Source: an uncultured Gammaproteobacteria bacterium
GTDB lineage: Bacteria > Patescibacteriota > Microgenomatia > UBA8517 > UBA10165
Direction: 5' to 3'
Assembly: GCA_964472675.1 (NCBI GenBank)
Contig: CAYYLO010000003.1
Location: forward strand, 3,768 to 67,767
Length of the DNA: 64,000 nt
Both the position numbers and the translations under genes were made by a program. The notes beneath the pieces are model-generated. The model made no database searches. It saw nothing but the letters and a program-made list of their open reading frames with translations, and was not told the origin of the DNA. Of the stretch, positions 37,029-47,481 are shown in pieces (position 1 is the first letter of the stretch; each line of letters opens with the position of its first letter).

Positions 37029-38850
37029 AGTTGGCAATAAATCCTCCACCAGCAAATCCCAAAAGAACTATAAATACAGTTACCATTTGTAACATCTGGA
37101 TGCTTTTTGGGGAGATTTCGTAGGTTTTGCTGTATTCCCCTACTTTAACTTGTATTTTACTACTTTTATCTGCTCCAAGCAGCGGAATTGTATATTGAAT
37201 ATCAAATGATGAGGTGGATTGAGGCGCAAGAAAGTCTAGGTTATTATAAACATTACCTCTTATGTCCAGCCCGCTTGAAACAACGGTTATTGGTTTTTCG
37301 TAAAGCGCTACAGGTCCGGGGTTATATATATTAATATGAAGTTTATTTAAGAAAAAAGGCAAAAGAGATTTACCTTGGGTTATTGTAATTTGTGGGATTG
37401 ATTCCCGAACTATTGGCAAATGTCCGAACTGTACTGAAACGTCACGTTGATTATTGTGGGCAAGTTTGTAAGAACCAGCGGGGGCAGGGGAATCATCGTT
37501 TTTGCCGTGGATTGAAAACGTAATATGGGACATATCAAATTTATTAAAATAATCGATTCCGCCCGTAGTTTTACCCCAGGTAGGATCAACAGGTTTCCAA
37601 ATGCCCATATTCTTGTCCCAATATTCCGGCCAGGCATGTAAAACATCTGCAACTAGAGATAGTGGTTGGATTTGGGGATTGTCTGTGTAAGCAAAACCAT
37701 TGACTTCTCTCGCGGGAATCTTTGCCGCACGGGCAAGCGTTACAAATAAATCTGTAAATTCCACACAGATTGCGTTATCGGGGGTTGCCAAAGCTCTCTT
37801 TGCCCCAAGCCTTTCTATGTTATTGGTTACGCGACTGTAATCGTAGCTAAGGGTCTTTACGACAAACTCGTAAATTGACAAAGGATCATTCCCAACAGAT
37901 TGAGCCATTAATTTTATTTCCGGATCATTCGCCGGCCAATATTTTGTGCCGGAAAGATAGTAAGGGAAGTCGTTCGGGCTTGTTGATACATAAAAGGTTT
38001 GCGGGTTTGCGAAAACCTGTACATTTCCGCTGGCTTGAATATCCATCTTTTCTCCAGGTTTAAGGTAATACGTAGCCATCCAGTTGCCATCGGAGTCGAG
38101 CGCTACCGAATAGGGTTTGGGTGAGATTTTAGAGTAATAAACTTTTTGATAAGCAGTATCCGGAATTAGCGCAATTGATGTTTTACCCTTTTTGTCTAAA
38201 TATGGATTTTCGAGGTGATAGTTTAAGTCAAAAGAAAAAACCTGAAAATCCCCAAAAGCAGCCACAACTCCTGCCTTCAAAATATCTTCTTTCACAAAAG
38301 TAAATGTAGTTTCTTTTTCGCTTTCAAATTTGCTTTTAGGTTCCGGGGAAATATAAGCAAGTTTTCCCAAGTTTTTTGAAACAGTTAAAGACAAGTTGTA
38401 AGAGTTAAAATTGTCTACTGAAGTAATCTTCGGAATTGTTAAGTCCCAAACTTGACCGTTTTGTGAGGCAAGTTGCGGAATTTGGTAGGCAACGGTAAAT
38501 TTTCTTGATTTGTTTTTCCCGACTATCGCATCAGGAAAATTAACAAGAATTTTTGTTTCTGTGTCTGTTTGCTCAACAGAAACAGTGATCCCTTTCCCGG
38601 ATTCTATAGCTGTAACTCCAACAGGCTTTTTACCTTCCAGGCTTAGAGAATAAGAAGTCGCGTAAATTGTAGAAAAATTATTTGTTAAAGTTATTTCCTG
38701 AGTGACCTGCGCGTCTCCGTTTTGGTCAACAATGTATGTAGTAGCAAAGTCGGTTTTAAATTCCTGCTGGGCGGAGGCGGTCCGCGGCAGTGCATAGTAC
38801 ACAGCGCATAGTATGCAGGACAAAAAAATTACATTTAGAATGCGCTTCAC
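36979..38850 (-). CDS. exported transglutaminase-domain protein
   Basis: signal peptide ending ASAQ; C.EFTDLF, HAWPEY, W..VDPTW catalytic triad; C-terminal TM. Confidence 0.88.
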   Translation of the reverse strand: MKRILNVIFLSCILCAVYYALPRTASAQQEFKTDFATTYIVDQNGDAQVTQEITLTNNFSTIYATSYSLSLEGKKPVGVTAIESGKGITVSVEQTDTETKILVNFPDAIVGKNKSRKFTVAYQIPQLASQNGQVWDLTIPKITSVDNFNSYNLSLTVSKNLGKLAYISPEPKSKFESEKETTFTFVKEDILKAGVVAAFGDFQVFSFDLNYHLENPYLDKKGKTSIALIPDTAYQKVYYSKISPKPYSVALDSDGNWMATYYLKPGEKMDIQASGNVQVFANPQTFYVSTSPNDFPYYLSGTKYWPANDPEIKLMAQSVGNDPLSIYEFVVKTLSYDYSRVTNNIERLGAKRALATPDNAICVEFTDLFVTLARAAKIPAREVNGFAYTDNPQIQPLSLVADVLHAWPEYWDKNMGIWKPVDPTWGKTTGGIDYFNKFDMSHITFSIHGKNDDSPAPAGSYKLAHNNQRDVSVQFGHLPIVRESIPQITITQGKSLLPFFLNKLHINIYNPGPVALYEKPITVVSSGLDIRGNVYNNLDFLAPQSTSSFDIQYTIPLLGADKSSKIQVKVGEYSKTYEISPKSIQMLQMVTVFIVLLGFAGGGFIANYAFIYIRSRKTGKKSC

Positions 38851-38897
38851 AAGACTAATCTTAGCACAGCTATATTACTCCTGTGATATATTAAATT

Positions 38898-40568
38898 ATG
38901 CCCGAACAAGTAGAGGCTAGTGGTATTTCCTCAATTCAGACGGCAACCTCTTCCCCTGAATTTCAGAACTTTGCAAAGAGCCGTTTACAAGAATTTATAC
39001 AGGCAACTTTGAAAGATAGAGCCTCGCTTTTCTTGCTTTCTGAAGCGTCCAAGGTTGACTTGAGTGCGCCCGACATACAGCCCCAAGTTGCAATGGCAGC
39101 TTTTCTTTTGCTACGCAGACAATGTCCAACTGTTTGGGATATTGGGGCTGCTCTTCAAGCCGCCGAAAGCAGGCTCCAATATGGCCAAGGTCAAACTGTC
39201 CGAGCAGGAGCGATTGGTACAGATCCTCAGTTGATGGGAAGTATACAAAGAGGCAGTACTTTTATTGGGGAATTTGCGCGAGAAGTTTACGAACAATCCG
39301 GCACGCCAGTCAGCGATCGGACTAAAGATGCTATTCTGGGTCGGTTCAACACATGGGCCTCTGTAAAAACAGTTCCGGACGAAGCTTATTACGTTCGGGA
39401 AATGGCAGTTTGTGCAGCTTCGCAAAACCTAACGCAGCAGGATGCGGCAGCAGTTCTTCGGGGTATTGAAAATTATAAGAGATATAATTTTTGGCCATTA
39501 AGCCAATATGGTGCACAACAAGCCCGCTACGCTCGCTTTAACCAAGCGCTTACTCGCCTGCAACTTGTATCGGCCGGCCACGTTTCTGGCGGAGGACATC
39601 TTGACCAGTATGAATCACTGATACACTTGCCTTCGCAGTCTCAAGCGGAAGTTGTTAAACAAGCTGACCTGGTGAAGCCTGAAAGTGCAATAGGCACAGA
39701 ATTATCTTATTGGGAAAATTCAATAGGTAACGAAGGTGGGCGTTGTTTAGTTAACCGAGTTGAAATGCAACAAAGATATACTTTTGCGCATACAGAACGG
39801 GGGAGGTTTGTTTATTACACGGCTACAAACCAAAATACAGAGCCTTTGCTAAATCGATTTGATGAAATAAACAGGCGCCTTGCTCAAACTTTGGGCACAG
39901 ATGGTACAAAGCCTGTACATGTAGTTTTGGTACCCGAAGCCAAGTATTGCCCAAGGGGTGGCTATGCAAAGCCTGACGGCTCGGGTTTTATTTTAGCTCC
40001 GGCGCAGGATATTGATCAGGTTTATGCACATGAGGCAGTTCATGCAAACCTTGCCCAGATTTTTGGGACAAGCCAAAGCGCTACAGCTACCGAGGGGGCA
40101 GCAATGTATTTGGCACGCGTGGTTAACCCCTATGATAAGAGAAACGACTATGTAGCACAAAGATATGGTGATGATCAAATAATCAGAATAAGAGGAAAAG
40201 GCGGCCAAATTGGGCTTTCAAATACGCAAATGCTGGACAATGCCGGCGAGGCAAGATCTAAAGCTGATTATGAGTATGCATATAAATTTGGAGGGTTGTT
40301 GGCGGAATTTATTATCAGTAGAGTTGGTATTAAAGGTTATTTACAGTTTTACAACCGAACTTGCCTGTCCAACTTATACGATAGCGATACAGGAAAACAA
40401 CTGGTGGCAAATGGCAAGAGGGCGCCAGGTGTAGGTGAACGCGAAATTAACGCCCAAGCTTTAAAGGCCATGGCTGCGCTAACAGGCAGACCAGACATGA
40501 GGCCTGAAAATATATTACAAGAATTTACGGCTTTTGCCTTGGCCCGAAACGCCAAAGGCCCCTTCTAA
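38898..40568 (+). CDS. hypothetical protein with a gluzincin-like metallopeptidase motif
   Basis: AHEAVH followed by TEG.A.Y and a later Y..G. Confidence 0.7.
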   Translation: MPEQVEASGISSIQTATSSPEFQNFAKSRLQEFIQATLKDRASLFLLSEASKVDLSAPDIQPQVAMAAFLLLRRQCPTVWDIGAALQAAESRLQYGQGQTVRAGAIGTDPQLMGSIQRGSTFIGEFAREVYEQSGTPVSDRTKDAILGRFNTWASVKTVPDEAYYVREMAVCAASQNLTQQDAAAVLRGIENYKRYNFWPLSQYGAQQARYARFNQALTRLQLVSAGHVSGGGHLDQYESLIHLPSQSQAEVVKQADLVKPESAIGTELSYWENSIGNEGGRCLVNRVEMQQRYTFAHTERGRFVYYTATNQNTEPLLNRFDEINRRLAQTLGTDGTKPVHVVLVPEAKYCPRGGYAKPDGSGFILAPAQDIDQVYAHEAVHANLAQIFGTSQSATATEGAAMYLARVVNPYDKRNDYVAQRYGDDQIIRIRGKGGQIGLSNTQMLDNAGEARSKADYEYAYKFGGLLAEFIISRVGIKGYLQFYNRTCLSNLYDSDTGKQLVANGKRAPGVGEREINAQALKAMAALTGRPDMRPENILQEFTAFALARNAKGPF

Positions 40569-40618
40569 AGGAAACTTAAAAATTATTGAAGTTTTTATTT
40601 GGGGTTATAATGGAAGTT

Positions 40619-41371
40619 ATGGGAGAGGTTGTTACGGAAAGTTTAACTGCAAAAGAGACAAGGATAGATTTTCCTCAAAAGTTTAAAGAAACGCTAAAAA
40701 CGTGCGATTATACCTTACCTGCAGAGAGTGTGGGGATAACTACTGGATTGGGAAAGGCAGGAATTTTAAGGGTTAAAAGGCTTGTGCCTTGCGTAATTTT
40801 TGATACTGGAAACATAAGTGCCTCAGAATGGCATTTGGCGCTTACAGATGCAAAAGCGGTAGCCGACCCACACAAAAAAATCCTTGAAGAGTTAAAACCA
40901 TTACTTCCGCAAGATAGCGCCACAATAATTACAGAGCTTGCACAAACGGCATACGTTGCCGAAGACCAAACAGGCAAACTAAGCTTATTGCTTAGCAACC
41001 TTGACAGCAAAATAACCAAGGAGCTTTTGGAAAGTCCTAACCAACTAGAACCCTTCAAGAAACTAATCAAAAATTACGGATTGCTTCAAATTGTGGGAAA
41101 AGTAAGTGCAGACGAACATGATTATCATACTGTTTGGGGAGAAAAAGTAGAAGTTTTAGTTAGGGAAGATACTCAAGATAGGCCAGTTAATATTGCAGAT
41201 GAAAGGCAGAGATTTAATCCGTACCAGGATCCTGATGAATCGGCCATAGCCTTAGCCAGAGAAAACCATCTTACGAATACACAAGCGTTGAAACTTGCTT
41301 CTCGATTGCGAGCTGGAATTGAATGGCCAAATTATCAAAAATTGATTGTAGATATCCTTGATGAGGAGTAA
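40619..41371 (+). CDS. hypothetical protein
   Basis: about 250-aa ORF; TATAAT 7 nt before the ATG at 40619. Confidence 0.7.
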   Translation: MGEVVTESLTAKETRIDFPQKFKETLKTCDYTLPAESVGITTGLGKAGILRVKRLVPCVIFDTGNISASEWHLALTDAKAVADPHKKILEELKPLLPQDSATIITELAQTAYVAEDQTGKLSLLLSNLDSKITKELLESPNQLEPFKKLIKNYGLLQIVGKVSADEHDYHTVWGEKVEVLVREDTQDRPVNIADERQRFNPYQDPDESAIALARENHLTNTQALKLASRLRAGIEWPNYQKLIVDILDEE

Positions 41372-41383
41372 GTTCTACACCCT

Positions 41384-41473
41384 ATGGGCCCAGGTGCAGC
41401 GCTTATCGCAGGCGTGTGCATTACTGTCGGGGCTGGAGGGCTGTACGCCTACATTACTGGCCGGCTGGGCTAA
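41384..41473 (+). CDS. possible 29-aa hydrophobic peptide
   Basis: MGPGAALIAGVCITVGAGGLYAYITGRLG, followed by a long GC stem and T-tract. Confidence 0.4.
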   Translation: MGPGAALIAGVCITVGAGGLYAYITGRLG

Positions 41474-41487
41474 GAAGAAACCTACCC

Positions 41488-41561
41488 GCGGACGGCTCCT
41501 AGATTTTCTTTCATACACTTTTTGTATCACTGGCTATCTTGGAGCCGCCCGCCTTTTTTTT
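41488..41561 (+). terminator. long-loop intrinsic terminator
   Basis: GCGGACGGCTCCTAGAT ... ATCTTGGAGCCGCCCGC followed by a T-tract. Confidence 0.6.
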
Positions 41562-41592
41562 GCTTGACACCCCCGAGGTGTAAGGCTAAAAT
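41562..41592. repeat. left REP of the RAYT, overlapping its promoter
   Basis: TTGACA-CCCCCGAGGTGTAAGGC-TAAAAT (17-nt spacer), 5 nt before ATG. Confidence 0.88.
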
Positions 41593-41597
41593 AAATA

Positions 41598-42275
41598 ATG
41601 CCAGGCAGAAAGATACCCCTTGTTAACGGAGAGTTTTACCACATTATTAATCGTGGAAGCGACAATAGGAAAATCTTCTTAACTGAAAGAGACTATAAAA
41701 GGTTTCTTAGCGCACTTTTTTATTATCAGTACCATGGGCCAAAGCCTAAATTCTCAAATTTATCTGCACAAAAACTTCAGCTGTGGAAACCAAAAGAAGA
41801 AGACAAACTTGTTAACATAATTTGCTATTGTTTAATGTCCAACCACATACACTTACTAGTTCAGCAGTTAAAGGACGATGGCATCTCGATATTTATGTCA
41901 CAGTTATGCAATAGTTATACAAAATATTTTAATACCAAACACAAACGTATTGGTCCGCTACTCCAAGGCCGCTTCAAGTCGGTACTCGTAGGGGATGATT
42001 ACCAGTTACTACATGTTTCTAGATACATACACATTAATCCTGTTGTTGCTCGCATGGTAATCAGACTGGAGGACTATACATGGTCCTCCTTTGCTCAATA
42101 TGTGGGTTCAGTAAATGGGTTTTGCACTCCGAAAAAAATAATGGAACAATTCAAGTCGCCTCAAGAATACAAAAAAATCCTGGAAGATCAAATAGGTTAT
42201 GGAGAAACCCTTGAAACAATAAAAAACCACTTGGCCGACGACTATTACGATGACACCTCGGGGGTGGAAAGCTAA
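41598..42275 (+). CDS. REP-associated tyrosine (HUH, Y1) transposase, RAYT/TnpA-REP
   Basis: YHIINRG, YCLMSNHIHLL (HUH), GRFKS, RYIHINP (catalytic Tyr), WSS. Confidence 0.92.
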   Translation: MPGRKIPLVNGEFYHIINRGSDNRKIFLTERDYKRFLSALFYYQYHGPKPKFSNLSAQKLQLWKPKEEDKLVNIICYCLMSNHIHLLVQQLKDDGISIFMSQLCNSYTKYFNTKHKRIGPLLQGRFKSVLVGDDYQLLHVSRYIHINPVVARMVIRLEDYTWSSFAQYVGSVNGFCTPKKIMEQFKSPQEYKKILEDQIGYGETLETIKNHLADDYYDDTSGVES

Positions 42276-42276
42276 A
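42252..42276. repeat. right REP of the RAYT
   Basis: GACACCTCGGGGGTGGAAAGCTAAA; core inverted relative to the left copy; contains the RAYT and uvrA stop codons. Confidence 0.88.
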
Positions 42277-45226
42277 GAATCTCTGTGAGAAACTGGCCTG
42301 TATAGGATTTTTTGTTTTGTGCAACTTGCGAGGGAGTGCCGGCGGCAATGATTTCTCCACCTTTCTCTCCTCCTTCAGGGCCCAAATCAATAATCCAATC
42401 CGCGTTTTTGACAACGTCTAAATTGTGTTCGATAACTACAACTGTGTTACCCATAGAAACTAATCGCAAGAGGCATTTCAAGAGTTTTTCAATATCAGAA
42501 AAATGTAAACCCGTTGTAGGTTCATCAAGAATATAAAAAGTTGAACTGCCCGCCCGTTTCATGAGCTCTGAGGAAAGCTTAACGCGCTGGGCCTCACCGC
42601 CCGATAAGGTTGGCGCAGACTGGCCCAGCTCAATATAATCAAGCCCCACCTCAGACAAGGTATCTAATTTATCGGCAATGTGAGGAATATTGGCAAAGAA
42701 TTCTTTGGCTTCAGCAACAGTCAAATTCAGCACTTCAGCAATATTTTTTCCATGCCATTCGACTTCTAGAGTTTCTCTGTTAAATCTTGTTCCGTTACAG
42801 ATATCGCAGGTAATATAAACGTCAGACAAAAACTGCATTTCAATTTTGTTTACACCTTGTCCTTCGCAACCCTCGCACCGCCCCCCTTTGACGTTAAAAG
42901 AAAACCTTCCTGCTTTATAGCCGCGAACACGAGCCTCTGGAGTTTGGGCAAATAACGCCCTTACTTCGTTAAAAACCCCTGTATATGTTGCAGGGTTTGA
43001 GCGTGGTGTCCGGCCAATTGGTGATTGGTCCAGTAAAATCAGGCGGTTGACCTGATCTGTGCCTTCCAGACGCTCAAAATCACCATTTTTGGAAGTGTAA
43101 GGCAGGTTCCTTTCCTGCCATGAACGGTTTAGGGCATCATGAAGTGCAGGATAAAGTGTGTCTACTAATAATGTTGACTTGCCTGAACCGGAAACACCAG
43201 TGATGCAAATTAGCTTTTGTAGAGGTATTTTAACATTTACATCTTTTAAATTATGCTCACTTGCACCAGTGAGTTGAAGATATCCTTTATCGTCTTGAAC
43301 CAAAGTATCGTGACCATCGGATTTGTTAACCCACAAGTCCTTTTTCCCGGATAAATATTTGGCAGTTACAGAATCCTTGTGTGCCAAAATTGCCGGAAGA
43401 TCGCCTTGGGCAACCAGCGCTCCACCCTGTTTACCTGCCCCAGGACCAAAGTCCAAAATCCAGTCAGCTTTTTCCATCATCTCCCGATCATGCTCAACAA
43501 CTATTACAGTGTTCCCCAAATCCCGAAGGTTTTGCAAAGTACTTATTAAACGCCGGTTATCTCTCTGGTGAAGTCCTATTGTTGGTTCATCAAGAACGTA
43601 TAAGACGCCGCTTAGTCCTGACCCGATTTGCGAAGCCAAGCGAATTCTTTGAGCCTCCCCGCCCGCCAGTGTGCCAGAGGATCTGTCTAAAGTTAAATAT
43701 TCAAGTCCAACGGAAACTAAAAAATGAAGCCGCGAAACTATTTCCTTAAGAATCATCCTGGCAATTTCCTGCTCTCTTTTTGAAAGCGGCGTGTCCTTGC
43801 CTGAGAGCATTTGAGCAAACTTTAAAGAGTTGGCAATTTGCATACGCGTTACGTCAACGATTGACTTGCCATCAACAGTGATCGATAGAGCCTCTTCCTT
43901 TAATCTTGCGCCTTTGCAATCTGGACAAACTTGTTTTTGCATATATTTTTCAATCTCCGCGCGGGCATAATCCGAATCACTATCTGAATGTCTTCTTTCA
44001 AGCTCTGGAATTATTCCGTGGAAGGCCTCTTTTATATAAGTTTTTTCACCAAATTTATTTGTTCCCCAAACTTTGTATATTTGACTACCTGTGCCCCAAA
44101 GAAGAATTTTTACCTGTTCCTGAGTTAAATTCTTCAACGTGATTTGAATGCTAAAGCCATTTTCCCTGGCTACTTGTTCAACTATTCTTGAATACCAGGT
44201 TTCATTTTCGAACATCGTCCCCATCGGCAATATCGCACCTTCAGACAACGTCAGTTCAGGATTAACTAACCTCTCAGGATCAATTTTTAACAAAGCTCCG
44301 ATACCCGAACAGGTTGAACAGGCCCCATGCGGAGAATTGAAAGAAAAAGTGCGGGGCTCAATCTCCGGGAAACTGATATTATCAACAGGACAGGAAAATT
44401 TCTCAGAGAAGAGGTGGTCTTCTAGTTTTTTTGGACTGTCAGGAATACTAAAGCTCGAATCGTGGACTTGAGATAAAATTATCAAGCCTTCAGAAAGTCC
44501 CAAACCTTGTTCTATAGAATCAGCAAGCCGTAAGCGAAGATTATTTTCGGCAATTTTGTCGCGTAATTGTTTTTTCTCAATAGAGATTCTATCAATAACT
44601 ACGTCAATTGAGTGCTTATTGGTCTTTATTAAAAATAAATCCTCGTCCAGACCGTATATTTTTCCATCAACTCTGACGCGGGTAAAACCTTTAGCACGCA
44701 AATTGGCAAAGAGGGTGGTAAATTCCCCTTTTTTGTCGCGGACAACAGGAGAAAGCAGCAAGAATTTTGCGATCTTTTCTTTATCGGCAACCTCCTTGAT
44801 CATGCTTAGGGAGTTGTTGGTTATAGTTTCAACAGACTGTTGTTCAATTTCGCGGCCGCAAATCGGACAGTGTGGGTGGCCAATGCGCGCAAAAAGCAGG
44901 CGCAGGTAGTCGTAAATTTCGGTTATTGTCCCTACTGTGGAGCGGGGATTATGGGAGGTGGTTTTTTGCTCTATAGAAATTGCAGGCGACAAACCTTCAA
45001 TGCTATCTACATCAGGTTTATCCATAATCCCTAAAAACTGCCTTGCATAAGAAGACAAACTTTCCACATACCTCCTTTGACCTTCAGCATAAATTGTGTC
45101 AAAAGCCAAAGAGCTTTTACCTGATCCAGAAATCCCCGTAAAAACAACCAGTTTGTTTTTCGGAATCTCTACATCGATGTTCTTGAGGTTATGTTGTCTG
45201 GCTCCCTTAATAATAATTTTATCCAT
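42272..45226 (-). CDS. uvrA: excinuclease ABC subunit A
   Basis: [16 protein letters not shown], two GSGKS P-loops, GGEAQR signatures, zinc fingers. Confidence 0.98.
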   Translation of the reverse strand: MDKIIIKGARQHNLKNIDVEIPKNKLVVFTGISGSGKSSLAFDTIYAEGQRRYVESLSSYARQFLGIMDKPDVDSIEGLSPAISIEQKTTSHNPRSTVGTITEIYDYLRLLFARIGHPHCPICGREIEQQSVETITNNSLSMIKEVADKEKIAKFLLLSPVVRDKKGEFTTLFANLRAKGFTRVRVDGKIYGLDEDLFLIKTNKHSIDVVIDRISIEKKQLRDKIAENNLRLRLADSIEQGLGLSEGLIILSQVHDSSFSIPDSPKKLEDHLFSEKFSCPVDNISFPEIEPRTFSFNSPHGACSTCSGIGALLKIDPERLVNPELTLSEGAILPMGTMFENETWYSRIVEQVARENGFSIQITLKNLTQEQVKILLWGTGSQIYKVWGTNKFGEKTYIKEAFHGIIPELERRHSDSDSDYARAEIEKYMQKQVCPDCKGARLKEEALSITVDGKSIVDVTRMQIANSLKFAQMLSGKDTPLSKREQEIARMILKEIVSRLHFLVSVGLEYLTLDRSSGTLAGGEAQRIRLASQIGSGLSGVLYVLDEPTIGLHQRDNRRLISTLQNLRDLGNTVIVVEHDREMMEKADWILDFGPGAGKQGGALVAQGDLPAILAHKDSVTAKYLSGKKDLWVNKSDGHDTLVQDDKGYLQLTGASEHNLKDVNVKIPLQKLICITGVSGSGKSTLLVDTLYPALHDALNRSWQERNLPYTSKNGDFERLEGTDQVNRLILLDQSPIGRTPRSNPATYTGVFNEVRALFAQTPEARVRGYKAGRFSFNVKGGRCEGCEGQGVNKIEMQFLSDVYITCDICNGTRFNRETLEVEWHGKNIAEVLNLTVAEAKEFFANIPHIADKLDTLSEVGLDYIELGQSAPTLSGGEAQRVKLSSELMKRAGSSTFYILDEPTTGLHFSDIEKLLKCLLRLVSMGNTVVVIEHNLDVVKNADWIIDLGPEGGEKGGEIIAAGTPSQVAQNKKSYTGQFLTEIL

Positions 45227-45284
45227 GTCCACCAATAAATGCCCGCGATTAACGCGGCGCAAGTAGTATATCACGACTGGTTCC

Positions 45285-47303
45285 TCAAATACTTTCCAGC
45301 TGGCGGACTCTGTCGCGGAACTTGGCGGCAAGTTCAAAGTTTAAATCTTTTGCGGCGGCGGTCATGGCCCGCCTTAGCTTCAAGATCATATTTTTTCTAT
45401 CTCTTGGGGTAAGCCCGTCGGGGCTTAAATTTTCAAAGCTGTTTACCACATCCCGTTCGATACCGTACAACAGAGGTTCTGTCTCCTGAACTTGCCCGCG
45501 GTCGATTAACTTTTCGCGGATGGGTTTAACAATTGTTTTTGGGGTAATATTGTGATTTTTATTGTAGTCAAGTTGAAGCAAACGCCTTCTTTCAACTTCG
45601 CGTATAGCCCTCTGCATCGATCCGGTAATGTTATCAGCATACATAATAACTTTGCCTTCTATATGCCGTGCAGCGCGGCCCATGACTTGAATTAGAGAAG
45701 TTTCAGACCTTAAAAATCCTTCTTTGTCGGCGTCCAGGATGGCAACCAGAGAAACTTCCGGAAGATCCAAGCCCTCGCGAAGAAGATTAATTCCTACCAA
45801 AACGTCGTAGTCTCCCCGCCTTAACTGGTCCAAAATATCCGTCCGGTCAAGAGTATTAACTTCAGAATGCAAATACTGAACTTTAAGGCCTTCATCTTTG
45901 AGGTATGAAGTTAAATCTTCAGCCATTCTTTTAGTCAGCGTAGTAACTAAAGTTCGCTGCTCCTTTTTGACTCTTTCCGAAATTTCCCTAATTAAATCCG
46001 GAATCTGCCCTTCTGTCGGTTTGACAACCACTTCCGGATCGGGAATACCCGTTGGACGGATCAACTGTTGTGCAATACCATTTTTACCCGCTCTGGCAAG
46101 CTCCCAGTTGGCAGGAGTGGCGCTTGTGTATAAGACTTTAGGCGTGCGTCTCAAAAACTCTTCAAATTTCAGGGGACGGTTGTCATACGCTGACGGAAGT
46201 CTGAACCCAAAATCAATCAATGTCCGTTTTCTGGCTAAATCTCCGTTGTACATTCCCCCAATCTGCGGAATCGTCATATGCGACTCGTCAATAACAACTA
46301 AAAAATCATCACCGTAATTGTGCTTGTAGTAATCAAGAAGAGTGTATGGAGCGTCCCCTGATTTGCGGCCGTCAAAGTAGCGCGAATAATTTTCAATTCC
46401 ATTAACGTAGCCAACCTCTTCAATCATTTCCAGGTCATATGTAACTCTCCTCTCAACACGGTTGGCTTCCAAAAGCTTCCCGGCATCTTTAAAATTTTTA
46501 ACGACTCTTTGCAAGTCTTTCCTAATTTGTCCAAACACCCCCGCGTGTTTCTCGCGATCCATCATATAGTGTTTGGCCGGATAAATTAATGTGGACCTTA
46601 AGTCTGAAAGCGCTTTGCCGGTATTCGGATCAATAATCGAGAGTTTTTTTAAGTTTTCCTGTTCAAATTCCAAACGGACGGCCGTATCTTCATACGCCGG
46701 AAAAATGTCGATTATGTCTCCCCTAACCCGCCAGGCGCCTCTATGAAAACCATAGTCTCCCCGCTCGTATTGCAAATCAATTAACCTTTTTGAAATATCC
46801 TGTCGCGCATAGCTTTTCCCAACTTCCAGTTCCAGGACAAAGTTTCCGTATTCCGAAGGCGAGCCGATATTATAAATACAGGAAACAGAAGCAACAGTAA
46901 TAACGTCTTTTCGGGTCATGAGATTGGTTGTGGCGCGCAGGCGGAGTTTGTCTATCTCGCGGTTGATATCGGTTTCCTTTTCAATATAGGTATCAGTTTG
47001 CGGGATATATGCTTCAGGTTGGTAGTAGTCATAATAAGAGACAAAGTAGGAAACGCCATTTTCCGGGAAAAAATCGCGCAACTCCTGATAAAGTTGTCCG
47101 GCTAAAGTTTTGTTGTGAGAAATAACCAGCGTTGGAAGCTGCAGCTGCTCAATGACAGAAGCAACAGTGAAAGTTTTTCCTGAACCCGTGACTCCCAAAA
47201 GGACCTGGTCAGTTGCTCCGGTTTTTATTCCTTTTACCAGCTGATCAACGGCCTGCGGTTGGTCGCCTGTGAGTTTATATGGGGATTCTAATTTAAACCT
47301 CAT
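45285..47303 (-). CDS. uvrB: excinuclease ABC subunit B
   Basis: GDQPQA, GVTGSGKT, YYDYYQPEAY, DESH, GRAAR, C-terminal UVR domain. Confidence 0.98.
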   Translation of the reverse strand: MRFKLESPYKLTGDQPQAVDQLVKGIKTGATDQVLLGVTGSGKTFTVASVIEQLQLPTLVISHNKTLAGQLYQELRDFFPENGVSYFVSYYDYYQPEAYIPQTDTYIEKETDINREIDKLRLRATTNLMTRKDVITVASVSCIYNIGSPSEYGNFVLELEVGKSYARQDISKRLIDLQYERGDYGFHRGAWRVRGDIIDIFPAYEDTAVRLEFEQENLKKLSIIDPNTGKALSDLRSTLIYPAKHYMMDREKHAGVFGQIRKDLQRVVKNFKDAGKLLEANRVERRVTYDLEMIEEVGYVNGIENYSRYFDGRKSGDAPYTLLDYYKHNYGDDFLVVIDESHMTIPQIGGMYNGDLARKRTLIDFGFRLPSAYDNRPLKFEEFLRRTPKVLYTSATPANWELARAGKNGIAQQLIRPTGIPDPEVVVKPTEGQIPDLIREISERVKKEQRTLVTTLTKRMAEDLTSYLKDEGLKVQYLHSEVNTLDRTDILDQLRRGDYDVLVGINLLREGLDLPEVSLVAILDADKEGFLRSETSLIQVMGRAARHIEGKVIMYADNITGSMQRAIREVERRRLLQLDYNKNHNITPKTIVKPIREKLIDRGQVQETEPLLYGIERDVVNSFENLSPDGLTPRDRKNMILKLRRAMTAAAKDLNFELAAKFRDRVRQLESI

Positions 47304-47340
47304 TTGCAAATTGTACCATAGATTACCCAAAAACTGGGTC

Positions 47341-47369
47341 TTGACAATCGGGTTTTGTTAGGGTAGATT
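47341..47369 (+). promoter_or_regulatory. lexA promoter with candidate LexA operator
   Basis: TTGACA-N17-TAGATT; spacer TCGGGTTTTGTTAGGG resembles the dinB-promoter spacer. Confidence 0.6.
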
Positions 47370-47372
47370 GAA

Positions 47373-47475
47373 AATACCAAATATAAAATATTAAAAATCA
47401 AAAATACACAGCAAAAAGGCAAAATTTATCTGTTTAATATGTCTATTTGAGATTTGATATTTAATTTTTGATATT
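47373..47475. repeat. 7-bp-period inverted repeat element in the lexA leader
   Basis: AATACCA AATATAA AATATTA AAAATCA AAAATAC ... TTTGAGA TTTGATA TTTAATT TTTGATA. Confidence 0.65.
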
Positions 47476-47481
47476 ACAACC

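Noticed and set aside
42312-46317. Many plus-strand ORFs opposite uvrA and uvrB (and similar ones opposite ppsA, eno and the PBP)
   Set aside because: Antisense shadows of conserved genes, with no motifs or initiation signals.
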